Source: Thermoplasmata archaeon (GTDB lineage Archaea; Thermoplasmatota; Thermoplasmata; Lutacidiplasmatales; UBA184). Taken from it: 64,000 nucleotides of DNA. Under the pieces are notes generated by a model. The model was not told where the DNA came from. It did not search any database and saw only the letters and a list, made by a program, of their open reading frames with translations. Positions within the stretch are counted from its first letter, which is position 1. The number at the start of each line of letters is the position of its first letter. Positions 55,375-64,000 of the stretch are shown in pieces. Both the position numbers and the translations under genes were made by a program. The stretch spans positions 130,417-194,416 of the forward strand of contig DASYYY010000022.1 in assembly GCA_035933635.1 (NCBI GenBank). The letters run 5' to 3'.

Positions 55375-55534
55375 GGGACCGAGAGGGAACGGCGGGCCCG
55401 CCTCCCTCCGCAGGGGGCGGGTCCGACCCGGTAGGGGCGATCGAGTGACCGGACGACCCGGCGACCACCTCGTGGAGCGCCGTCGGCGTCGACCGGCGGA
55501 CTAGCGATATCTGGCCGGTCTTGGTCCGACCCCG

Positions 55535-56560
55535 ATGCTTCGCCGGTCCACGCCGCGGTTCCAGAACCCGGATGGCTCGACCGTCCCGGGCAGCATCGCC
55601 TCGCTCCAGGCGGCGGAGATCGGGGGCGTTCGGCAATGGGTGCTCGTTCGAGGGCAGGACTCGACGCGGCCGTTGCTCCTCTTCCTCCACGGCGGTCCCG
55701 GGGAGGGGGCCATTCTCTACGCGCGTCAGGTCCAGGAGGAGCTGGAACGGGCATTCCTTGTGGCGAACTGGGACCAGCGCGGCGCCGGCCTCTCCTACGA
55801 TCCCCAGATCCCGCTGGAATCGATGACCGTCGACCGCCTCGTCGCGGATACGATCGAGGTTTCCCGGATGCTCTTGGAACAGTACGGACGCCGTAAGCTG
55901 CTCCTCGTCGGGCATTCGTGGGGGACGATCCTGGGGATCCTCGCCGCCCAGCGGGCTCCCGAGCTCTATCTCGCCTATGTCGGCGCCGGCCAGGTCGTCG
56001 ACGCCGAGGAGTCTGAGCGGCGGATGTACGCCTGGGCCGTCGCCGAGGCGCGAGGCCGCGCGATGGAGCGAGCGGTCCGCGAACTCGAGGCGATCGGGGC
56101 TCCGCCCTATGCGTCGGTCCGCGGGTTCCGCCTCGCGCGACGATGGGTGGCTCGTCTCGGCGGCGTCGCCCGACCCGGGGTCGAGCGCTCGATGGCGTGG
56201 AGATCGATCGCCCACCTTCGTGAGTATACGCTCGGCGACCTCGTGCGCTGGTCGCGCGGGGTGAGCTTCTCGGCGCGCACGCTCGTTCCGGAGGCCGGCT
56301 CGACCGACCTCCCCCGGCGGGTCACCGCGCTGAAGATCCCGACCTACTTCCTGTCGGGTCGTTCCGACCGCGTCTGCGACCCCTGGCTCGCGCGGGAGTA
56401 CCTCCGGGTGCTCGACGCGCCCCGAAAGGCCTGGGCATGGGTCGACGACGCCGCCCACCTGGTCCCGTTCGAGGAGCCCGCGGAGTTCGCCGGTGCGATG
56501 GCCCACTTCGAGGTCGAAGCGCGACTTCCCGACGCCCCCGCGTGGTCGGTCGCGGGCTGA
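55535..56560 (+). CDS. alpha/beta hydrolase (proline iminopeptidase/epoxide hydrolase-like)
   Basis: 341 aa. Oxyanion HGGPG, nucleophile elbow GHSWG, acid/His (VDDAAHLVPFEEP). Confidence 0.85.
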   Translation: MLRRSTPRFQNPDGSTVPGSIASLQAAEIGGVRQWVLVRGQDSTRPLLLFLHGGPGEGAILYARQVQEELERAFLVANWDQRGAGLSYDPQIPLESMTVDRLVADTIEVSRMLLEQYGRRKLLLVGHSWGTILGILAAQRAPELYLAYVGAGQVVDAEESERRMYAWAVAEARGRAMERAVRELEAIGAPPYASVRGFRLARRWVARLGGVARPGVERSMAWRSIAHLREYTLGDLVRWSRGVSFSARTLVPEAGSTDLPRRVTALKIPTYFLSGRSDRVCDPWLAREYLRVLDAPRKAWAWVDDAAHLVPFEEPAEFAGAMAHFEVEARLPDAPAWSVAG

Positions 56561-56660
56561 GCTCCCGGGCTCGGGGCGAACCGATCCACGGGTCGAAAAG
56601 GAAGGAAGAGGTTGGTCGGGCGGCCGCGCGCGAGGCGCTGCCGCCCGAGGGGCTGCCGGC

Positions 56661-57698
56661 CTAGGCGATGACCACGCTGCTGAGGTCCATCCCGTTGGAG
56701 GGTCCCGCCATGTTCCAGTTGATCGTGGACGACGCGGCGTTCCAGCCCTCGAGGTCGGCGAACGCATCGCCGAGCGCCTCGATGATCATCGCGTAGTGGT
56801 GGGCGCGGTTGAACGTCCCGTTGATGTAGAGCGGGAGCGCCATGCCGCCGACGAAGTTCATCGTCGTCGGCCCGAAGTGCGTGTAGTTCAAGCTGAAGGT
56901 GCCCGCGCTGTAGCTGTACCCCGAAGAGGACGACCAGGTCGTGTCGTTGTAGAACTCGTACCCGGACTCGTTGGTGGTGTAGGTCGAGTTGAACGCCAGC
57001 TGCTGGAAGCAGAACGTCGACGAGCAGATGCTCGCCAGGAAGTTGGACCCGTTCGTCAGGTCGGTGATGTACGCCTCGAAGAGCAGGACCTCGGCGAAGA
57101 TCTCCGACGTGCACACCGCCTCGACTCCGGAGTAGTTGTCCCAGTAGGCGAACGTCGAGCTGACGTAGCTGTAGTAGTTGGCGAACGGCTTCGCCGCCGG
57201 GCAGCTCGTGAACGAGTTCTTGCCTGTGACGTTCCACGCGAGGTTCCAGTTCGCCTTGACGTGGTGCGACCCGGTCGGGAGCGCGAGCGAAACGGCGACG
57301 GTCAGTTGCGGGCTCAGCCCGGCTTCGAAGTACTGCCCGACGCCGGCGAACGACTTGCCGCAGATATGGGCGGAGGCGGTGCCCGCCCCGAAGGAGCCCT
57401 TACCGGTGGCGAAGCTGAATCCCACCGGCTTGCTGTACGACGCCTTGGCGCACTGGCTGGCCTGCGTGCTCTGGTAGGCCGTGAACGCACCCTTGTAGGG
57501 CGCCACCTTGGTCACCGTCGGGGGGCCCACGGCGCCACTCGCCGCAGAGGCCAGCGTCAGGACCAGCACGGCGGTCCCCACTAGGCTCACGGTCCCCAGA
57601 CCGGTCCAGAAGCGCTTTCGGACGATTCGACCCATCCCTCTTCCCGCATCTTCCATGTTCGTGGTATCCCCCTCCGGACGGGCCGATCGAAGCGGCAC
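56661..57698 (-). CDS. secreted Cys-containing glycoprotein, paralog A (unknown family)
   Basis: 345 aa. Signal/anchor WTGLGTVSLVGTAVLVLTLASAASGA. Shares LPTGSH-V--NW-LAWN, YAYWDNY-G-EA-C and NGTFNRAH-YA blocks with the gene at 57915..58967. Conserved upstream TTAAACCTC motif. Confidence 0.75.
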   Translation of the reverse strand: MPLRSARPEGDTTNMEDAGRGMGRIVRKRFWTGLGTVSLVGTAVLVLTLASAASGAVGPPTVTKVAPYKGAFTAYQSTQASQCAKASYSKPVGFSFATGKGSFGAGTASAHICGKSFAGVGQYFEAGLSPQLTVAVSLALPTGSHHVKANWNLAWNVTGKNSFTSCPAAKPFANYYSYVSSTFAYWDNYSGVEAVCTSEIFAEVLLFEAYITDLTNGSNFLASICSSTFCFQQLAFNSTYTTNESGYEFYNDTTWSSSSGYSYSAGTFSLNYTHFGPTTMNFVGGMALPLYINGTFNRAHHYAMIIEALGDAFADLEGWNAASSTINWNMAGPSNGMDLSSVVIA

Positions 57699-57914
57699 GA
57701 CCGGGGAAAGCAGGCCGCGGGACGGGCTCCTACTCCTTAAACCTCAGTATACGCACGGGTCCGTACCGCCCTCGTCAGGCGGCCGAATCGAGAGCTGGCC
57801 CTAGCGTATCGCGGGCCTCGGGAGGCGGGCACCCCAAGGAACGACACGGGCGGGAAAACGAGGGAAGCGGTTGGTACGGGTCGCGAGGCCGCGACCCGCC
57901 GAGGGTGCTCGACC

Positions 57915-58967
57915 TTATGTGGTCACGATCGAGCTGAGGCTCAGCCCGTTGCCGAGGGTCTGGGTGTTGACGGCCACCTTCGCGGTGGCGGCGCCGTAGC
58001 CGGAGACGTCGGCGTAGGCGAACCCGTAGAAGTCCACCACGATCGCGTACTTGTGGGCGCGGTTGAACGTGCCGTTGAAGTACATCGTCCAGAGCTTCGA
58101 GGCGCTGCCCGAGAAGCTCGGCGCCGTCGAGAAGGTGTAGTTCTGGCTGAAGACACCATGGGTGCGGGTGTAGGCCGTCCCGTTCCAGGTGACGTAGCTG
58201 TAGAACTCCCAACCTGAGTCGTTCTCACGGTAGGCGTTGCTCGAGTTCAGCTGCACGAAGCAGTAGCTGGACGGGCAGCTGTTGGAGTAGGTCTGACCGC
58301 CCGCGGTCAGGTCCTGGATGTAGGCGGACTCGAGGTCGATGAAGAACTCGGCCTCGGCGTAGCAGATCGCCTCCTTTCCCGTGTAGTTGTCCCAGTACGC
58401 GTACGAGGGGCTCGTGTAACTGTACTCCTGCACGAACGACTTCGGCGCCGGGCAGGGCTTGGTGACCAGGTAGCTGCCCGACGTGTTCCACGCGAGCTTC
58501 CAGTTCGTCGCGACGCTGTGGCTGCCCGTCGGCAGGATGGTGGTGATCGCCATCTCGAGCGAGGGGTCGAGGTAGCCTTCGTTGTAGGACCCGATCTGGT
58601 CGACGCCCGGCCCGCAGGCCTTCGCCGAGGCGGTACCGACGCCCATGCCGCCGGTTCCCGTCTTCAGGTTGAAGTTGGGAGTCTTGACGTAGCCGGCATG
58701 GCCGCAGCCGGAGATCCCGGTGTACGCCCCGGGCTGGACCGCGCCATGGTAGGGCGCCTTGACGGTGACCGAGGGTGGCGCGACCGCGGCCGCCCCGCTC
58801 AAGGTCATGCTCAGGACGACCAGGATCGCCCCCAACGAGCCCACCAACCCCGCGCGGGCGAGCATCTGCTTTCGTTCCCAATGGCGGCTTACCTTCGCTC
58901 TCTCTTCCATGTGTTTGAGCTCCCCCCGTCGGGGATCGTGCGGCGGACCCCCGACGGGTCCAAGCAC
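57915..58967 (-). CDS. secreted Cys-containing glycoprotein, paralog B (unknown family)
   Basis: 350 aa. Anchor/signal LVGSLGAILVVLSMTLSGAAAVA. About 40% identical to paralog A by eye. TTAAACCTC promoter motif 23-31 nt upstream of the first Met. Confidence 0.75.
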   Translation of the reverse strand: MLGPVGGPPHDPRRGELKHMEERAKVSRHWERKQMLARAGLVGSLGAILVVLSMTLSGAAAVAPPSVTVKAPYHGAVQPGAYTGISGCGHAGYVKTPNFNLKTGTGGMGVGTASAKACGPGVDQIGSYNEGYLDPSLEMAITTILPTGSHSVATNWKLAWNTSGSYLVTKPCPAPKSFVQEYSYTSPSYAYWDNYTGKEAICYAEAEFFIDLESAYIQDLTAGGQTYSNSCPSSYCFVQLNSSNAYRENDSGWEFYSYVTWNGTAYTRTHGVFSQNYTFSTAPSFSGSASKLWTMYFNGTFNRAHKYAIVVDFYGFAYADVSGYGAATAKVAVNTQTLGNGLSLSSIVTT

Positions 58968-59283
58968 GGGCGCGTGCGATTGCTCCTAGTTAAACCTCCA
59001 TGAATGACGCTGACAACAAGCTCCGTCCCTGTCGAGCCTCACGCTCGCCCATCGTCGACCCGCCCGGCCGCCGGGACCCACGAGCCGGGCTTCGATACTC
59101 GAGTCCCGGCGGCGCTCCGCCGCTCTGTTCGGCTGAGGTCGTGGGGCGTACGGGCGATGGCCGTCCTCACGACTCGTCAGGGCGTTCCGTCACGAGGCTC
59201 GCACGACCTCTTGAACGATGGACCGGTGGGAACTCGGTACGAGGGGACCGGGAGGGAATCGTCCCGCGAGCTGCCCAAGGCGG

Positions 59284-59658
59284 CTACCGATTCGGAGTGT
59301 GTCGGCGATGACCCCGCTGCCAGATCCCGACCGCGGTGCCGCTGGGATCCTCGACGACCGCGACCAACAGCTCGCCGACGGGAAACGGCTCCCGCCGGAT
59401 CGTCCCGTGGGCCGCCACGGCGCGCGCAAGCGCCGCGTCGAGGCTACCGACGAAGACATAGGGCAGAACTCCGGCTCCGCCGGCGATCGGTCGGTTGTTC
59501 ACAAAATGGCCGATCACGTGTCCGGTGCCATCTTCGAAGGCCCAAGCGCCCGGCCGTTCGCCGATGGTCCAGCCGAAGACCTCGTGGTAGAACTGGGCGG
59601 ATCCGTGGGGATCGCTGCTCGGGATGTCGAGGTACGAGAGGCCCCCGCGTCGAAACAC
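59284..59658 (-). CDS. VOC-family (glyoxalase/bleomycin-resistance-like) protein
   Basis: GLSYLDIPSSDPHGSAQFYHEVFGW...GHFVNN...AVVEDPSGTAVGIWQ glyoxalase fold. GTG start at 59658 gives 124 aa. The track ORF continues to 59745 through an R-rich leader. Confidence 0.65.
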   Translation of the reverse strand: MFRRGGLSYLDIPSSDPHGSAQFYHEVFGWTIGERPGAWAFEDGTGHVIGHFVNNRPIAGGAGVLPYVFVGSLDAALARAVAAHGTIRREPFPVGELLVAVVEDPSGTAVGIWQRGHRRHTPNR

Positions 59659-59829
59659 CTTGGACGGGCCGCTCCGAGCGGGTCGACGAGCGACCGGCCC
59701 GGCCGACTTCGGAGCGGTTCGCCCGCCCGAACGTCGAGCCGCCATCCTACGGGCGACGGCCCGCCGAGTATTCGGCCGTTACTGCAACTCGCTGGCGATC
59801 CGACCGGGACGCGGTCGCACCGGGAGTAA

Positions 59830-59901
59830 ATGGACTGGTCGGGATTTGAACCCGAGGCCTCCGGTTTGCAAAACCGGCGATCTTCCGCTGATCTACCAGC
59901 C
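59830..59901 (-). tRNA. tRNA-Ala (anticodon TGC)
   Basis: Hand-folded 72-nt cloverleaf. Acceptor GGGCTGG/CCAGTCC with the G3:U70 alanine identity pair, D arm GATC/GATC, anticodon stem CCGGT/ACCGG with loop TTTGCAA, T arm TCGGG-TTCAAAT-CCCGA, discriminator A. CCA not encoded. TATA-like CGATATGAA about 25 nt upstream. Confidence 0.85.
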
Positions 59902-59926
59902 CTGGAGTGGACCCGGGTGGCCCCGT

Positions 59927-60682
59927 TCATATCGGTTCCGACCGACGGACCTCCTTCCGACCGGGGGAGCTGCGCCTGGCGACGGACGCCCACGTCTCGT
60001 CCAGCCGGGGGACGGTCGCGTACCGGGCCAGCTCTTCCGGGCGGATCCACGTCGACTCCGTATGCTCCCAGTCGAGCGTCACCGACGGGTCGCCGACGGT
60101 GAACCGGAAGGGGTGCACCCGGTAGACCCGGTCGCCATCGCGCGCGTAGAGTACGGCGCCCCGCTGCGCCAGACGGACCTGGTCGGCGGCGATGGAGGTC
60201 TCCTCCCGGATCTCAGTGAGCGCCTGGTCGAGCGGGTCGTCGCTCTCCAGGAAACCCGAGACCGCGGCCCATCGACCACGGAAGCTCCCGACCTTCTCCG
60301 ACCGGCGCAACAGGAGGATGCGTCCGTCCGTGCGCTCTAAGAAGCTCGTGACGACCCGGACCTCCCAGACACGGGGGAGCTCGAGCTCCCCGCGGTCGGC
60401 GTCGACCCGGACCTCGTCCCCGTCGTGGAGAAGCCCCTCCGGCACCCCGCCCACAACCGGGCCAGGACGTTCGGGATACTCGACTGCCGGAGCCTGAAGC
60501 AAGATGACCCCCCGCGCCGGCAGCTCGATCGCCTCGCTCTCGCGAGCGCGACCGGAGGGTGCGCAGAGCACCTCCTCCGACGCCTCGGGGGAGAGGCGTG
60601 CGGGCAGATCGACGGATTCCTCGGACCAACGGAGGCGGCCGGCGGCGAAGCCGATCTGTACCTTCGTCACGGGTAGGCGCAT
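59927..60682 (-). CDS. NUDIX hydrolase with N-terminal extra domain
   Basis: 251-aa real part of ORF 59927..60814 from MRLPVTKV. C-terminal Nudix box (GRWAAVSGFLESDDPLDQALTEIREETSI). N-terminal about 110-aa domain of unclear family. Confidence 0.7.
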   Translation of the reverse strand: MRLPVTKVQIGFAAGRLRWSEESVDLPARLSPEASEEVLCAPSGRARESEAIELPARGVILLQAPAVEYPERPGPVVGGVPEGLLHDGDEVRVDADRGELELPRVWEVRVVTSFLERTDGRILLLRRSEKVGSFRGRWAAVSGFLESDDPLDQALTEIREETSIAADQVRLAQRGAVLYARDGDRVYRVHPFRFTVGDPSVTLDWEHTESTWIRPEELARYATVPRLDETWASVARRSSPGRKEVRRSEPI

Positions 60683-60760
60683 CGTTCCCCGCACGCGTGG
60701 CGCGGGAATAGCGGAAACGGGCGAGGACAACCGCTTCAACGGCTCGCGGGTGGGGCGGGC

Positions 60761-61741
60761 GTGCGGCTCAGCGCGTTCACGATCGTCGATGCCCACCCCG
60801 AGTCGGAGCGGCACCGAGACCGGTTCGCCGAGGTTCTCGAACTCGCCGAGGTCTGTGATACCGCCGGGCTATCGACCCTATGGGTCGCCGAGCACCATTT
60901 CCACCCCGGAGGGGTATGCCCGTCACCCCCCGTCCTGCTGGCGGCGGCGGGGGCGCGGACGCGCCGGCTGCGGCTGGGCGTCCTCGTCAGCGTCCTGCCG
61001 TTCCATTCCCCGATCGAGCTCGCCGAGCAGTACGCCCTCCTCGATCGGCTCGTCGGTGGACGGCTCGAGGTCGGCGTCGGCAGCGGCTACATCCCGCTGG
61101 AGTTCGAAGGGTTCGGGATCGCCCCCGAATCCAAGCGGGAGCTGTTCGACCGGAATCTCGAGCGGCTGCTCGCCGGGCTGCGCGGCGAGCCGATCGCGCA
61201 CGGCTCCTCGGGCGAGATACGGCTCAACGTGCGCCCCGTGCAGGTGCCGCACCCGCCGATCCGCGTGGCGGTCCAACGGCGGGAAGCGCTACCCCATCTC
61301 GCCCGCCGTTCGCTCTCGATCGCCCTGATCCCCTACGCCACGGTGCCCGATCTCGCGGCCTTGGCCGAGGAGATCGGCGAGTACCGAGCGGCGTTGCCGC
61401 CGGGTGTGACGGCGGAGGTCTCCGTCGCGCTCCACCTCTACGCCGGAGCGGCGGTCGCCGAGGCGCGCGCCGCGCTCCAGCGGTACCTGGACGCGCGGCT
61501 CGCCACGCAGAGCACGAACTACCAGGCCCGGGTCCACGCCGACCCCCACGTCGCGACGGCGGCGGGGGTGGAGGCCACGGGGTTCGCGCTCCTGGGATCG
61601 GCCGCGACGGTCCGCGAGCGTCTGAGGGAGTTCGAGCGGGCCGGGGTCGACGAGGTGCTGGGGATCTTCGACTTCGGTGCGCTGGCCGCCGGGCTCGTCC
61701 ACCGATCGGTCGCGGCGCTCGCGGCGGAGTGGGGCGCCTGA
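60761..61741 (+). CDS. LLM-class (luciferase-like) flavin/F420-dependent oxidoreductase
   Basis: 326 aa. TIM-barrel LLM pattern (LSTLWVAEHHF..., GRLEVGVGSGY, RLREFERAGVDEV). GTG start. Confidence 0.8.
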   Translation: MRLSAFTIVDAHPESERHRDRFAEVLELAEVCDTAGLSTLWVAEHHFHPGGVCPSPPVLLAAAGARTRRLRLGVLVSVLPFHSPIELAEQYALLDRLVGGRLEVGVGSGYIPLEFEGFGIAPESKRELFDRNLERLLAGLRGEPIAHGSSGEIRLNVRPVQVPHPPIRVAVQRREALPHLARRSLSIALIPYATVPDLAALAEEIGEYRAALPPGVTAEVSVALHLYAGAAVAEARAALQRYLDARLATQSTNYQARVHADPHVATAAGVEATGFALLGSAATVRERLREFERAGVDEVLGIFDFGALAAGLVHRSVAALAAEWGA

Positions 61742-61766
61742 CGGCGCGGCGCCCCGATCGGGTTCC

Positions 61767-64000
61767 CTAGTGGCTGGGCGGGGTCGGCAGCGGTGGGCTG
61801 CCCGAGCTCGCCTCCCCGCTCGACGGAGAGCTCGGCGCGGAGCCTCCGCCCGAGGAGGGCGAGCTGGGTGAGGACGACGAGGTGCCGGTCGCCTCCACCG
61901 GGGACATCATGACCGTGCGCCGCCCGCCCCGCATCTTCAGGAGCAGGACGATGGCGACGACGATGATGAGCACCAGGAGGATGACCCAGCCGACGGTCAC
62001 GCCCGTGCCCGTCCCGAGCTCGTAGCCGAGCGCGGGCGGGGAGGACTCGACCGGGATCGACACGCTGCTGTAGCTGTAGCAGCCGCTCTCGCATCCGACG
62101 ACCGTCGCCTCGACGTAGACCAGCTGGGCCCCGTTCGAGTCCGACGAGGGGATCGTGAAGCTCAACGTGCCGCTCGTGGAGGTCGTCTCGACCTCCGACT
62201 TGCCCTGGTAGCCGAGGGTGGTGTCGGCGTAGGCGTCGACGATGAACGCCTTGCCCAAGACCGCGTTGCCGTGGGCGGAGATCGTGAAGGCGATCTGGAC
62301 GGTCTCGCCGGGCTGGTAGCTGCCGTCGTCGTAGTGCGAGGCGGTCTGCAGCGACGAACTGATCGAGATGCCGCTGATCTCCTCGAGCTCGACCTCCGAG
62401 GAGGTGATCACGCCGGCCGTCGAGGTCTGGGCCGCGACGGTGACGTAGAGGTAGCTCGGGGTGCCGACCTTGGGGATCGTGACCGAGAAGCTCGTGCCGC
62501 TGACCACGCCGGAGAACAGCGAGCCGCCGGTGCTGGCGGTGACGCTGCCGTAGAGCGTCGCGCCCGAGAAGACCTGCCCCTCGGTGGTGACGGAGATGGT
62601 GATCGAGTCACCGGGGTTGTAGCCGTACTCGCTCGCGGAGAGCAGGATGTACGGGGCGGTGACGACGGCGTAGGCCGTGCCCACCTGCGAGTTCGTCGCG
62701 TTGTGGGCGTAGACGTAGACGTCGAGGCCGCCGACGTAGCTCGCCGGGATCGGCCAGGTGAACGAGGCCGACGTGGCCGTCGTGTTGAGCGTCCCGACCC
62801 CGAGGATGGCGCCGGTGTTGTCGTTGTAGATGATGTAGCTGTCCACCTGCCAACCGGTCGCGGCGGCGGCGGTGGTGCCCCCGATCGTCCAGGTGGCGGT
62901 CAGGGTGTCGCCGCCGTAGTAGTTGGACGAGTCGAGCTTGACCGAGACCACGGCGATCCCCTGGCTCGCCGGCAGGACGTTGAAGTCACCGGTGAAGTTC
63001 GCCGAGTTGTGGACGTCGGCCGGGTCGGTGACGTTGATCACGATGGTGTTGGCCTTGGTCGTGGAGAAGACCGTGGAGTTGGCGATGAACAGGATGGCGA
63101 TGCCCCCGGTGGAGTTCGTCGTGCCCGTCAGCGGGGGGTTGCCCGGGACGGCGGGGACGATCGACCCGGCCGCCTCGAAGGTGAACCGGACGTTGAGCCC
63201 GGCCGCCGGGGCGGTCGTCGGGTAGGCCTGGCCGTTGGTGATCCCCTCGATGAGCTGCAGGTAGGCGATCTGCCCGGACTGGAAGGTCGATGTCGACCCG
63301 CAGGTCAGGCAGGCGGCGAGGCTGAGCGTCTGGGTGTAGAGCGTGCCTTCCTCGAGGTAGTAGTAGGTGTAGACCGACCACGTTCCACCGGCGCTGGTCT
63401 GATTGACCCAGAGCTGGAGCAGGACCTCGCGGACGGCCGGCACGCCGACGCCGAGCACATCGGTCGGCATCGTGAACTTGATCGAGCCCGCCCAGGTCGC
63501 CGGGAAGCTCGTCGAGGAGGTCGAGAAGACCGAGACGACCTTGCTCGCGGTGTTGGTGTAGGTCGCCGACGCCTCGACCGACTGGATCGAGGAGAACGGC
63601 GCGCCGTTGACCCGGGCCCGGACCAGGTAGGATACGTTGGCCGGGTGGCCGGGCAGGTAGACGTAGGCATCGGGGTTGAGGTAGGCGTCGTAGGTGTCGA
63701 CGCGGAACAGGAAGCTGTAGTTGCCCGCGGTCGAGCCGCGGATCGTCAGGTTCCACCAGCCGCCGTGGACGAGCGCGAAGGGGATCTCGTAGGAGCCGTT
63801 CCACTGGTAGCTGTAGTTGGTGTAGCCGCTGGAGGCGGAGAACGAGACGTTCCAGGTCATGGCGGGGTTCGCGACCCCGTCACGGCTGGAGTTGGGATCG
63901 ACCAGGGTCACTTGGGCGTACTTGTCGGTCGGGTCGTAGGCGTAGAAGAAGATGCGGCCGTTGGACAGGCCGGGGCCGAAGTCGGCGTCGTAGCCACCGT
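61767..64000 (-). CDS. large membrane-anchored surface glycoprotein (5'-partial: N-terminus lies beyond the window end)
   Basis: Frame stays open to the window edge (.GRIFFYAYDPTDKYAQVTLVDPNSS.). At least 744 aa, Thr/Ser/Gly-rich with many sequons. C-terminal TM GWVILLVLIIVVAIVLLL and Ser/Pro-rich cytoplasmic tail. Confidence 0.8.
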   Translation of the reverse strand, partial: GGYDADFGPGLSNGRIFFYAYDPTDKYAQVTLVDPNSSRDGVANPAMTWNVSFSASSGYTNYSYQWNGSYEIPFALVHGGWWNLTIRGSTAGNYSFLFRVDTYDAYLNPDAYVYLPGHPANVSYLVRARVNGAPFSSIQSVEASATYTNTASKVVSVFSTSSTSFPATWAGSIKFTMPTDVLGVGVPAVREVLLQLWVNQTSAGGTWSVYTYYYLEEGTLYTQTLSLAACLTCGSTSTFQSGQIAYLQLIEGITNGQAYPTTAPAAGLNVRFTFEAAGSIVPAVPGNPPLTGTTNSTGGIAILFIANSTVFSTTKANTIVINVTDPADVHNSANFTGDFNVLPASQGIAVVSVKLDSSNYYGGDTLTATWTIGGTTAAAATGWQVDSYIIYNDNTGAILGVGTLNTTATSASFTWPIPASYVGGLDVYVYAHNATNSQVGTAYAVVTAPYILLSASEYGYNPGDSITISVTTEGQVFSGATLYGSVTASTGGSLFSGVVSGTSFSVTIPKVGTPSYLYVTVAAQTSTAGVITSSEVELEEISGISISSSLQTASHYDDGSYQPGETVQIAFTISAHGNAVLGKAFIVDAYADTTLGYQGKSEVETTSTSGTLSFTIPSSDSNGAQLVYVEATVVGCESGCYSYSSVSIPVESSPPALGYELGTGTGVTVGWVILLVLIIVVAIVLLLKMRGGRRTVMMSPVEATGTSSSSPSSPSSGGGSAPSSPSSGEASSGSPPLPTPPSH

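Noticed and set aside
59659-59745. N-terminal 29-codon R-rich leader of the VOC-family ORF
   Set aside because: Basic low-complexity extension. A GTG 29 codons in gives a canonical about 124-aa glyoxalase-fold protein.
1-64000. CRISPR arrays, rRNA genes, transposases/integrases, toxin-antitoxin or known defence-system genes
   Set aside because: No direct-repeat arrays or short regular repeats were seen by eye. No rRNA-like conserved stretches. No integrase/transposase-like proteins are present near the two tRNA genes or elsewhere. None of the recognisable ORFs match restriction, Cas or abortive-infection families.

Overview
This 64 kb window is about 68% GC and most likely comes from a wall-less, Thermoplasmata-like archaeon. 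I call 54 protein-coding genes and two tRNAs, and find no rRNA, CRISPR array, transposase or integrase. The main candidate for an undescribed system is a cell-surface island that fills the second half of the window; a rhodanese-adjacent sulfur-carrier fusion is a second notable object.

Evidence for an archaeal host: the genes include archaeal-type GlyRS, Trm1, aSUI1, a THEP1 NTPase, an Lhr helicase, Mtq2-like and COG1395 regulators, and a protein with a class III (type IV pilin) signal peptide. TATA-like AT-rich boxes sit about 25-30 nt upstream of many start codons, which implies mostly leaderless transcripts. Because the DNA is so GC-rich, nearly every region is open in several frames. Many long R/P/G-rich ORFs in the six-frame track are therefore overprinting artefacts. 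I chose real genes by recognisable domains and non-junk composition.

First half (1-23 kb), housekeeping and repair genes:
- a COG1395 HTH regulator coupled through a GTGA overlap to a TraB-like protein;
- an F420/PPOX-class flavoprotein, a UPF0200 kinase and a coiled-coil protein;
- glycine--tRNA ligase, an amidohydrolase, a PfkB kinase, and the molybdenum-cofactor genes moeA and moaA;
- purQ, an Mtq2/HemK-like methyltransferase, a THEP1 NTPase and trm1;
- an Lhr helicase, a PPC/DUF296 protein, a LarE-like PP-loop ATPase and uvrB;
- a DtxR-family regulator beside a FecCD-type ABC uptake operon (binding protein, permease, and an ATPase with a C-terminal Rossmann-like extension).

Two tRNAs are present. 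tRNA-Trp(CCA) carries an 87-nt intron. tRNA-Ala(TGC) has the G3:U70 pair.

Second half (24-64 kb), a surface/envelope island:
- an archaeal type IV pilin-like gene pair plus separately promoted secreted glycoproteins;
- a PLP decarboxylase and a cation/H+ antiporter;
- two tandem, translationally coupled giant type-I membrane proteins of about 1470 and 1545 aa, each with an N-terminal BNR/Asp-box propeller, many InlB-B-like repeats, dense N-glycosylation sequons and a C-terminal TM anchor;
- a Wzx/MATE-like flippase and an ABC-2 exporter (ATPase plus two permeases);
- aSUI1;
- a two-domain rhodanese next to an unusual fusion of a GcvH-like domain (lipoyl-Lys replaced by Arg) and a TusA-like domain;
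- further membrane-anchored or secreted repeat proteins, including a Kelch propeller, an InlB-B-repeat protein, two paralogous Cys-containing secreted proteins with a duplicated promoter motif, and a partial large glycoprotein at the window edge;
- an MthK-like K+ channel, a TrmB regulator, an alpha/beta hydrolase, a VOC protein, a NUDIX protein and an LLM-class flavin oxidoreductase.

Start codons are inferred by eye, often GTG/TTG. Coordinates are approximate to a few codons.
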